Positions 56,343-64,000 of a DNA stretch of 64,000 bases are shown here, one piece after another (position 1 is the stretch's first letter; every line of letters begins with the position of its first letter). The position numbers were made by a program, and so were the translations under genes. The stretch is from Candidatus Doudnabacteria bacterium (lineage in GTDB: Bacteria; Patescibacteriota; Doudnabacteria; UBA920): positions 85,347-149,346 of the forward strand of contig JACRDK010000004.1 of the NCBI GenBank assembly GCA_016218585.1, given 5' to 3'. Under the pieces are notes generated by a model. That model did not search any database. It was not told the DNA's origin and was given only the letters and a program-made list of their open reading frames with translations.

Positions 56343-57551
56343 TTATTGAATTGTCTGGCTAATGCTATATATAGGGGCAATAAGCGCCATTGCCAAAAAT
56401 CCCACCACGCCTCCAATAAACAAAAGCAATAAAGGCTCGATAATTGAAGACAGGTTTTTTAAGGTTACGTCCACCTCTTCTTCATAATGGCCGGCGAGTT
56501 GCTCCAAAATTTCCTGAACAGTGCCGGATTCCTCCCCCACCTGTATCATTTGTACGACTAAGACCGGAAATAAATTTTCATTTTTGCTTAGGGATTCCGT
56601 TAACGGCTTGCCTAATTTAACATCAACAGCGGATTGTTTAACCAAATCTTTATAGGGTATATTGTCCAGGGAGTCGGCAGCCACATCCAAAGCCTGAACA
56701 ATAGGAATGCCGCTTTTAAGCAGCGAGCTCAAAATTCTGGAGAAGCGCGCTAAATTTATTTTCTTGATAATGGTATTTATAACCATAAACCGCAACAGGA
56801 AGTTATCTGCCAAAACCCGGCCGGTGTATGTTCTAAGAAATGCAATAAACGCTATAACAAAACCAATTAAACCTGCAATTACTAAAAACGCGTGAGCACT
56901 CATAAAATCAGCAAACACCATTACCACTTTAGTGGTAATGGGCAAATCGCCGCCAAAATCTTTAAAAACAGAAGTAAGGTTAGGCAAAACAAAAATTGAC
57001 ATCAGTACGCCAATTATTAACATCGCGACTACAATTACAGCGGGATAAATCATTGCTCCCTTAGTTTTGCTTCTAAGATCCGCCTCGCGATGAAGCTGAA
57101 TGCTTAAATATTCAAGGCTCTTGTCCAAGTTACCGGACACCTCCCCTACTTTAATCATGCTGAAAAAAATGTTGGAAAATACATTCGGATATTTTTCCAA
57201 AGCTTCCGAAAGGCCTTTCCCCTGCTCTACCTGATTATAAATATCGGTTAAAATATTTTTAAATTTTACATTTTTGGTTTGCTTAACTTGAATTTGCAAG
57301 CCGCGGCTTATGGAAATTCCGGCTTTGAGCATTACACTCAAATTTTCCACAAAATTAATTTTTTCATCCAAAGAAACGGTGGAAATATTTCTTAAAAAAT
57401 CCACCACAGACTTTTTTTGCTGCTCTTCAATATGCGTAAGCAACAGCCCCTGCTCCTTTAGGATATGTCCGGCAGCGGTAATATTTGGGGCCTGTATGCT
57501 GGATGTTTCCTTCTGCCCCGCTTTAGTTATGGCTGTATAGGTAAATTCCAT
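56343..57551 (-). CDS. pilC: Type IV pilus platform protein PilC (GspF family)
   Basis: Two T2SSF repeats, ~400 aa, 3 TM. Confidence 0.85.
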   Translation of the reverse strand: MEFTYTAITKAGQKETSSIQAPNITAAGHILKEQGLLLTHIEEQQKKSVVDFLRNISTVSLDEKINFVENLSVMLKAGISISRGLQIQVKQTKNVKFKNILTDIYNQVEQGKGLSEALEKYPNVFSNIFFSMIKVGEVSGNLDKSLEYLSIQLHREADLRSKTKGAMIYPAVIVVAMLIIGVLMSIFVLPNLTSVFKDFGGDLPITTKVVMVFADFMSAHAFLVIAGLIGFVIAFIAFLRTYTGRVLADNFLLRFMVINTIIKKINLARFSRILSSLLKSGIPIVQALDVAADSLDNIPYKDLVKQSAVDVKLGKPLTESLSKNENLFPVLVVQMIQVGEESGTVQEILEQLAGHYEEEVDVTLKNLSSIIEPLLLLFIGGVVGFLAMALIAPIYSISQTIQ

Positions 57552-57729
57552 AAAACTACAGAAATACTGATTAAACTAATCTACAGAAAACTACAGAATA
57601 TATAAACATATTTTACTGGTTTTACAAATGGCAAACTTTTTAAATCATTAAGTCTTTAAAAAAGCAAAAAAAGATTTTAAAACACGGCTTCTGTAGGTTT
57701 CCGTAGTGCCCCATTGTAGCTTCTTGATT

Positions 57730-59508
57730 CTATTCTTTGCTTACCCTGACAATTTCTTCAATGGTGGTAATCCCTTTTAGGGCTTTTATAAAACCATCTT
57801 CCCACATAAGCACCATACCTTCTTTTTCTCCCTGCTCCTGAATTTCCTGGGCGCTTTTGTGCGCCATGATCATTTGCGCCACGGTATGGGTAACTTCTAA
57901 AATTTCATGCAAGCCCATTCGGCCTTTATAACCGGTATGGCCGCATTTGTCGCAGCCTTGGCCTTTATAAAACTTTAAATCTTTTAGGGTTTTAGTTTTT
58001 GCCGGAACCTGGCCTTCGCGAATTAAAATTGGCAAAAGCTTATCCATATGAAATTGCTTTGAGAGCGAGTCAATCACCGCATCATCAATTTTCATTTCCG
58101 CTTGGCAGTCTTTACAAATAACGCGCACCAAACGCTGAGCCAATACGGCGTTGACTGTTGAAGCTATTAAATAAGGTTCAACGCCAATATCCAACAAGCG
58201 AGGAAGAGCGGCGGCCGAGCTGTTTGTGTGCAGCGTGCTAAACACTATATGTCCGGTCATGGCCGCGTGAACCGCTTCTTCAGCGGTTTCCCGATCGCGA
58301 ATTTCACCAATCATAATAATGTTTGGGTCTTGGCGCAACAAAGCCCTTAAACCGATGTCAAAAGTTAAACCAATTTTAGGATTAACCTGCATCTGGTTAG
58401 CTCCGACAATGCGATATTCTACCGGATCTTCAATGGTAGAAATGTTTACCGACTTGGTATTTAACATAGACAAAACAGTATACAAAGTGGTGGATTTTCC
58501 GCTTCCGGTAGGGCCGGTGACCAACAACATGCCGTGCGGTTTTTTTATGTTCCGGCTAATGGTATCGAGCGAAGCTTGCTCAAAACCCAATTCTTCCAAA
58601 GTCATGGCTTTAGCAGATTCGTCCAACAAACGTATAACCACCTTTTCTCCGTCAAAAATAGGTATGGTGGAAACGCGCAAAGAAAACTTATAACCGTCTT
58701 TTTCAATTTTAAAGCGGCCATCCTGAGGCAAGCGATGTTCGTCAATTTTCAAATTTGAAAGTACTTTAATGCGCGCCACGATTGCCGCCTGGATTACTTT
58801 AGGCAGCGTCATTACATCGTGCAATACACCGTCAATGCGATAGCGAACCACCACTGAACTTTCCTGCGGTTCAATGTGAATATCTGAAGCTTTTTCAAAA
58901 ACAGCATACTCAAGCAATGTGTCTACCACGCGAATCACGGGAATTTCTTCCGCCATTTTTTTCAACGAATCGTCAGCGCTGCTCTCCCCTTCCGGAGAAG
59001 AAACAAGCGGCTTGCTTTCCGGGGTAAACAAATGTTTGATTTCTTTTTCCAAAGAAGAATGATACTTGGAAAGGCCAAAATCCAAGCTGGTTTTCCCAAT
59101 CAAAAAAGTTTTTATATTTAGTCCGGTTTTCTTTTGAATAAACTCTTTTGTCTGTATGTCTTCCGGGTCTGTCATGGCCAAAGACAAATCGTCCTTGGTT
59201 TTGGCAAAACTAATTACCTGATGCCTATGTGCAATTGGCTCTGGGACCAAATTAAGCACGTCCTGGGCAATTTGCTGGGTAGTTAAATCCAATACAGGCA
59301 CGCCTAACAGGGCGGACTTAATTTGTAAAAGTTTGGCTTCATTAAGAACTTTTTTTTCTACAAGAAAATCTTCCCAAGGCGTCGGCACCTTAAGCTGCAT
59401 TCTTTCTTTTTCCAGTGTTTCTATTTTATCGGCGCTTAAAACTTTGTTTTCTTTTAAGGCCAAATTTAACTGCTGCTTATCCATAAATGCGCGTTTAGAA
59501 AGCCACAA
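57730..59508 (-). CDS. pilB: Type IV pilus assembly ATPase PilB (GspE family)
   Basis: Walker A GPTGSGKSTTLY, TIEDPVEY, tetracysteine CKDC...CDKCGHTGYKGR. Confidence 0.9.
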   Translation of the reverse strand: MWLSKRAFMDKQQLNLALKENKVLSADKIETLEKERMQLKVPTPWEDFLVEKKVLNEAKLLQIKSALLGVPVLDLTTQQIAQDVLNLVPEPIAHRHQVISFAKTKDDLSLAMTDPEDIQTKEFIQKKTGLNIKTFLIGKTSLDFGLSKYHSSLEKEIKHLFTPESKPLVSSPEGESSADDSLKKMAEEIPVIRVVDTLLEYAVFEKASDIHIEPQESSVVVRYRIDGVLHDVMTLPKVIQAAIVARIKVLSNLKIDEHRLPQDGRFKIEKDGYKFSLRVSTIPIFDGEKVVIRLLDESAKAMTLEELGFEQASLDTISRNIKKPHGMLLVTGPTGSGKSTTLYTVLSMLNTKSVNISTIEDPVEYRIVGANQMQVNPKIGLTFDIGLRALLRQDPNIIMIGEIRDRETAEEAVHAAMTGHIVFSTLHTNSSAAALPRLLDIGVEPYLIASTVNAVLAQRLVRVICKDCQAEMKIDDAVIDSLSKQFHMDKLLPILIREGQVPAKTKTLKDLKFYKGQGCDKCGHTGYKGRMGLHEILEVTHTVAQMIMAHKSAQEIQEQGEKEGMVLMWEDGFIKALKGITTIEEIVRVSKE

Positions 59509-59703
59509 AATGCTCTAAAAATTAGATTCTGCGGATTTTTGTAGATAAAAAATTTATTTCTGCAATATTTTGTTTCATTTCTTCTAACTAGACTAAGATA
59601 TTATACCACAAAAGTTCTGAGCAACCAAATTTTGTCAGGGAAAAGGCCATTGCAACTAAAATTTCCAACAATTAACCGCGATTTGATAAATCAAATCGCG
59701 GTT

Positions 59704-59800
59704 TTCTATCTTTCTATCTTTCTATCTTTCTATCTTTCTATCTTTCTATCTTTCTATCTTTCTATCTTTCTATCTTTCTATCTTTCTATCTTTCTATCTT
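59704..59800. repeat. Perfect microsatellite (TTCTATCT)x~12
   Basis: About 97 bp of uninterrupted 8-bp tandem repeat between the sugar transferase stop and the pilB upstream region; preceded by perfect palindrome ACCGCGATTTGA-TAAA-TCAAATCGCGGT (59674-59701). Confidence 0.9.
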
Positions 59801-61102
59801 TCATCGTCCTTGCCAGGTAAAAATATAATAAACTGTTTTTAAAATTATTTCCAAATCAAACAAAAAGCTTCGATGCTTTATATAATATAAATCGTACTGA
59901 AGTTTTAACTTGGTTTCTTCCACGCTGCCGGCATATATGTTTAACTGGGCCCAACCGGTGAGTCCCGGCTTAACCAAATGCCGTTCGTCATAAAAAGGAA
60001 TTTTTTGTTTTAATTCTTCCACAATGTGCGGCTGTTCCGGGCGAGGACCAACCAAACTCATAGTGCCTAGCAACAAATTTATAAACTGGGGCCATTCGTC
60101 AATCCGGCTTTTGCGCAAAAACTTCCCCACGCCGGTAATTCTTGGATCATTAACCGAAGTCCAGGTATTAGTAGCTCCCCCGCTCATGGTGCGGTATTTA
60201 TAAACTTTAAAAATTTCCCCTTTCTTGCCAATGCGTTCCTGGATAAACAGCACGGGTCCGCGGCTGGACAGCTTAATTAACAAAGCACAAAAAGGAAAGC
60301 TAATGGCAAAACCCAAAAAACCTACCAGTCCGAAAATCAAATCAACGAGTCTTTTTATTAAATTATAAAATCTCTTTTCCTGATAGTTAATGTTTTCCAG
60401 GAACCAAATTTCATTAATTTGAGAAAGATAAACCCGCCGGAGCAATTGTTCGTAAAAATTCTTATGGTTATAAAATTTTACTCCCAGCGTCCTAAGCTTA
60501 TATAGATTTTCCGAAACTTGAGGATTGGCATGCAAATTATCCGGCAAAATAATATTGGCATTTTTTTCAAATGAACTGAGTTCCAGATTCTTTTCATTTA
60601 CATGGCCCAAAACTTTATAACCCAAATAACCCTGATGCTTAATTTCTGTCTCCAATTCAACCAGCTCGTTGTTAAATGAAAACAAATAAACCCCTTCTAT
60701 AAAACGGCTTTTTAAAAAATATTTAACAAGCAGGTGCCAAACTAAAATTAAAACAAAAGCTACCCCGACATTTATTAACAAAAATCTCCTGGGGGTTAAA
60801 ATTAAGTTCGGCTGCAGGTAAAAATACATTACGGCAATTAAAAAATTAATTACCATAGCCGAGATTAAATTAAAAAACAAACTGGAATAACGGCGGAAGG
60901 AAGGAGTCTCAAATAAACCATGAATAAAAAACACTAAAAGCCAAAAAGCATAAATTATGGTGAACGTATTAAAATACGCCGGGTTTTGCTGGACATCGGA
61001 AATTCTCCCAAAACGCAACAAGGCCGAAATGTATAGGCCGGCATAAAGCAAAATTACATCCGGCACCAGAACTAACCAAAAAATAATAGTTTTTTTATTC
61101 AC
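59801..61102 (-). CDS. Polyprenyl-phosphate sugar phosphotransferase (WbaP/bacterial sugar transferase family)
   Basis: C-terminal LVGPRPEQPHIVEE and GLTGWAQLN motifs; N-terminal TM bundle. Confidence 0.85.
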   Translation of the reverse strand: MNKKTIIFWLVLVPDVILLYAGLYISALLRFGRISDVQQNPAYFNTFTIIYAFWLLVFFIHGLFETPSFRRYSSLFFNLISAMVINFLIAVMYFYLQPNLILTPRRFLLINVGVAFVLILVWHLLVKYFLKSRFIEGVYLFSFNNELVELETEIKHQGYLGYKVLGHVNEKNLELSSFEKNANIILPDNLHANPQVSENLYKLRTLGVKFYNHKNFYEQLLRRVYLSQINEIWFLENINYQEKRFYNLIKRLVDLIFGLVGFLGFAISFPFCALLIKLSSRGPVLFIQERIGKKGEIFKVYKYRTMSGGATNTWTSVNDPRITGVGKFLRKSRIDEWPQFINLLLGTMSLVGPRPEQPHIVEELKQKIPFYDERHLVKPGLTGWAQLNIYAGSVEETKLKLQYDLYYIKHRSFLFDLEIILKTVYYIFTWQGR

Positions 61103-61111
61103 GTATGTAAT

Positions 61112-61651
61112 TTAAATTTTTAAATCTTTTAGCTTAGGAAACTCCGCGTCGCGCTTAGCCACAATCGGATTCTGCTCCGGCCAGGCTATGTTTAAATCTG
61201 GGTCATTCCAAACTATTCCTTTTTCAGCCTGAGGATTATATTCCGCAGTAGTTTTATACATAACTTTTGCCGTATCGGAAAGGACAACGAAGCCGTGAGC
61301 AAAGCCATCCGGGACATAAAATGCTTTGCCATCCCCCTCTGCAAGCTCTACCCCCTGCCATTTGCCATAAGTGGGTGAACCAGGCCTTATATCCACGCCT
61401 ACATCCCAAATTTTGCCTTCTATGGCGCGCACCAACTTGCCTTGGCCAAATGGAGCCGTTTGGAAATGCAAGCCCCTCAATACCCCTTTTAAGGAAAAAG
61501 AGAAATTATCTTGAACGAAATCGGGCAAACCAAACTCAGTAAATACGGTTTTTTTATAGCTTTCAATAAAATAGCCCCTATTGTCCGAATAAACATCAGA
61601 CTTAATAAGCAGCAACCCTTGAATTTCAAATTGTTGAGAAGTAGCAGGCAT
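61112..61651 (-). CDS. rfbC: dTDP-4-dehydrorhamnose 3,5-epimerase
   Basis: RGLHFQ and cupin fold motifs. Confidence 0.85.
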   Translation of the reverse strand: MPATSQQFEIQGLLLIKSDVYSDNRGYFIESYKKTVFTEFGLPDFVQDNFSFSLKGVLRGLHFQTAPFGQGKLVRAIEGKIWDVGVDIRPGSPTYGKWQGVELAEGDGKAFYVPDGFAHGFVVLSDTAKVMYKTTAEYNPQAEKGIVWNDPDLNIAWPEQNPIVAKRDAEFPKLKDLKI

Positions 61652-61661
61652 TAAATTTGGT

Positions 61662-62417
61662 TTAATTAAATAAAACCCTTATTTCTAATATGGCCTTAGC
61701 CAGCCAGTAGCCCGGATAGCTGGAACGATTATGGGCAATAAGCCTAGCTTGCTTATTTAAAAAAGCCTTAAACCTGGCTTTATTATAATTTGGAAGGCGG
61801 TATAACGTAAAGGCCTCTTGAAAATTATGCATATCCCCCAATTTGCCCATTCTCAGCCATAGGTCGTAATCTTCGGCAAAGTCATCTTCGTCTTTTACAA
61901 AGCCGCCCGCCTCAATAGCCGCCTCTCTGCGAAACATGACAGTGGAAGTAAAAAAGTTATTCCTCAACAACATTGTCCGTCTAATATTTTTGTCTTCCTG
62001 TGGCCTAATTCTTAATTTATAATTCCTAATTCCTAATTTTACTTTTATTCCCCCGCCGCACAGAACCGCTTCTTTATGGCTATCTAAATACGCAACCTGT
62101 TTTTTTAACTTATCTTTATCAATCCACTCATCATCATCGTCCAAATATGCGACATATTCACCTGTCGATGCCAATAAAGCTTCCTGCCTGCTGGCAGTAA
62201 TTCCTATTGATTTCGCATGTGTGATAATTTTTAAATTTTTAAATTTTTCTGCTTTTAAATTCTCCAATATTTCTTTTGTGTTGTCTGTGCTGCCGTCGTC
62301 AACCACGACTATTTCGTAGTCTTTAAAGCTTTGTTGTTCCACGCTCAAAATCGCCTGCCAAAGCTCGGCAGAGCGATTTTTTGTCAAAATGTTTATAGAA
62401 ATTTTTGCGCTGCTCAT
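61662..62417 (-). CDS. Family 2 glycosyltransferase
   Basis: [20 protein letters not shown] (DxD). Confidence 0.8.
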   Translation of the reverse strand: MSSAKISINILTKNRSAELWQAILSVEQQSFKDYEIVVVDDGSTDNTKEILENLKAEKFKNLKIITHAKSIGITASRQEALLASTGEYVAYLDDDDEWIDKDKLKKQVAYLDSHKEAVLCGGGIKVKLGIRNYKLRIRPQEDKNIRRTMLLRNNFFTSTVMFRREAAIEAGGFVKDEDDFAEDYDLWLRMGKLGDMHNFQEAFTLYRLPNYNKARFKAFLNKQARLIAHNRSSYPGYWLAKAILEIRVLFN

Positions 62418-63379
62418 GACTTCATTTTAACTATTCCTTCAAAATAAGCAATAGTCTTAGCAAGGCCGTCATGCAGTTGGATCTTTGGACTCCACCCCAG
62501 ATTATTTTGAGCCAATGCTATGTTAGGCCGCCGTTGCTTAGGGTCATCTTTTGGCAAATCTTTAAAAATAATTTTGCTTTTGGAACCAGTTAACTTAATT
62601 ACCAGATTAGCTAACTGTAAAATTGTAAACTCTTTAGGGTTTCCTAAATTAACCGGTCCATAAAAATTCGACTTGCCCATAACTTTAACTATTCCTGAAA
62701 TTAAATCATCTACATACTGAAAGCTTCTGGTCTGCTGACCTTTACCATAAATAGTAATTGGTTTACCTTGCAAGGCTTGAACTATAAAATTAGAGACAAC
62801 ACGCCCGTCATCCGGGTCCATATTTGGGCCGTAGGTGTTAAAAATTCTAATAATCTTTGCCTCGACTCCATACATTCTTCGAAAATCGGAACATAGTGTC
62901 TCCCCTGCCCTTTTACTTTCGTCATAGCAACTACGAATTCCAATAGTATTAACGTTACCCCAATAGCTTTCAGTTTGAGGGTGCACCAATGGATCGCCGT
63001 AAATTTCCGAGGTTGAAGCAAACAAAAATTTTGCCTGATTTTTTCTAGCCAGTTCCAATAAGTTCCAACACCCCCAAACGTTAGCCTGAAAAGTTGCAAG
63101 CGGATTTTTTTGATAATGCGGAGGGGAAGCCGGGGAAGCTAAGTGATAAATTTCACTAACTTTTAAATTTAATGGCTTTACTACATCATGAACTTTAAAA
63201 ATAAACCTTGGATTCTTTAAAAAAGGTTTAATATTAATTTTTCGTCCGGTATGCAAATTATCAACGCACACTACATTGTGCCCTGCTTCTAAAAGCGCTG
63301 AGCATAAATGGGAACCTAAAAATCCTGCTCCGCCGGCAACTAAAACTGTTTTTTTAATTTTTGACTTTTTTAGGATCAT
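62414..63379 (-). CDS. NAD-dependent UDP-glucuronate decarboxylase (UXS-like short-chain dehydratase/epimerase); probable start at ATG 63379 (MILKKS)
   Basis: [10 protein letters not shown] Rossmann motif, YxxxK active site region; ORF-track start 63418 would overlap ugd by 65 nt. Confidence 0.75.
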   Translation of the reverse strand: MILKKSKIKKTVLVAGGAGFLGSHLCSALLEAGHNVVCVDNLHTGRKINIKPFLKNPRFIFKVHDVVKPLNLKVSEIYHLASPASPPHYQKNPLATFQANVWGCWNLLELARKNQAKFLFASTSEIYGDPLVHPQTESYWGNVNTIGIRSCYDESKRAGETLCSDFRRMYGVEAKIIRIFNTYGPNMDPDDGRVVSNFIVQALQGKPITIYGKGQQTRSFQYVDDLISGIVKVMGKSNFYGPVNLGNPKEFTILQLANLVIKLTGSKSKIIFKDLPKDDPKQRRPNIALAQNNLGWSPKIQLHDGLAKTIAYFEGIVKMKS

Positions 63380-64000
63380 TTGGATTCTTATGCTTATTAC
63401 GTAAAAAATATTCCTCACTTAGTCCGCTCTTTTTTAATAGCTTTCTATTTACTTCTCTCATTGCCTTTAAAAGCGGCATTTTGACTTTCTTTTTTTCGGC
63501 AAACTCCAATATGGCATTAACATCTTTTGGAAAACAGGAACCGCCATAGCCGCGATAGCCTCCATGTGCCACATCTAAATGAGACGGGCTAATGCGCTTA
63601 TCTTCGCCAACTGCCAGCCTTACCTCTTCATAATTTAAACCCAGACCCCGACAAAGCTCAAAAAATTCATTGGCAAAAACCACCTTTAAGGACAAGAAGG
63701 TATTAGCCATATACTTCACTGTCTCGGCTTCGGTTGCAGGCATTGTTTCTGAATAGGAAGATTTTGGCAGAAGTTTTAAAACATCTACGGCAACGGTTTT
63801 GCTCTTGGATGTATAACCAACAATTTGCCTGTCCGGGTGAATAAAATCCTGATAAGCAGAAACTTCTTTTAAAAATTCTGGATTAAACAAAAATTTATGC
63901 TTAGGGTATTTTTTTTGCAAATTTTCGGTTGTACCAGGAACAACCGAAGACTTAATAACAATGGTTTTGGAATTTTCCAGAACCTGGATTGCGGCTTCCA
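63354..64000 (-). CDS. ugd: UDP-glucose 6-dehydrogenase, C-terminal part (gene continues beyond window end)
   Basis: GGSCFPKD catalytic Cys motif; reading frame open to position 64000. Confidence 0.8.
   Translation of the reverse strand, partial: EAAIQVLENSKTIVIKSSVVPGTTENLQKKYPKHKFLFNPEFLKEVSAYQDFIHPDRQIVGYTSKSKTVAVDVLKLLPKSSYSETMPATEAETVKYMANTFLSLKVVFANEFFELCRGLGLNYEEVRLAVGEDKRISPSHLDVAHGGYRGYGGSCFPKDVNAILEFAEKKKVKMPLLKAMREVNRKLLKKSGLSEEYFLRNKHKNPNDPKKVKN

Noticed and set aside
59704-59800. CRISPR array
   Set aside because: Repeats are 8 bp, perfectly contiguous with no spacers; it is a microsatellite, not a repeat-spacer array, and there are no cas genes in the window.
59632-59820. 62-aa ORF FYLSIFLSFYLSIFLS...
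   Set aside because: Pure translation of the (TTCTATCT)n microsatellite.

Overview
This is a low-GC (about 40%) bacterial chromosomal segment with short genes and tight spacing. Its gene content is consistent with a small-genome, Gram-positive-like or Patescibacteria/CPR-like organism: a GxxExxY gene, DUF1294, a TfoX N-domain, a pilin, and pilB/pilC/pilM/pilN/pilO with no secretin in the window. Phylogeny cannot be settled from sequence alone.

Recognisable content, in order:
- RNA pseudouridine synthase.
- ABC exporter and an NRAMP metal transporter.
- MarR regulator followed by two membrane-fusion proteins and an MFS (EmrAB-like) efflux pump.
- A NOX-like ferric reductase.
- A secreted repeat protein.
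- A tRNA-His-associated islet with two PD-(D/E)xK-like nuclease-fold proteins.
- msrB and msrA.
- A PIF1/RecD-like helicase.
- An AT-rich Type II restriction-modification pair.
- A copper-resistance cluster (csoR, copA, copZ plus accessory genes) with a CsoR-type operator.
- A bacillithiol-like thiol biosynthesis cluster (bshC-like, bshB, bshA), with an in-frame TGA in bshA.
- Pentose-phosphate genes zwf and gnd, interrupted by a GxxExxY gene flanked by inverted repeats.
- A Ca-type P-type ATPase, two tandem AI-2E transporters, typA and holA.
- tRNA-Lys, tRNA-Arg and an odd tRNA-like fragment.
- A type IV pilus/competence assembly operon.
- The start of a polysaccharide biosynthesis cluster (sugar transferase, rfbC, GT2, UXS-like decarboxylase, ugd).

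The most unusual items are three compositionally GC-rich small-gene cassettes. One is a secreted peptide under a perfect consensus sigma70 promoter. The other two are tandem genes with a duplicated promoter/leader, each bracketed by hairpin terminators. Also unusual are a split tRNA-like structure enclosing tRNA-Arg, and a perfect 8-bp microsatellite next to the pilB promoter region.
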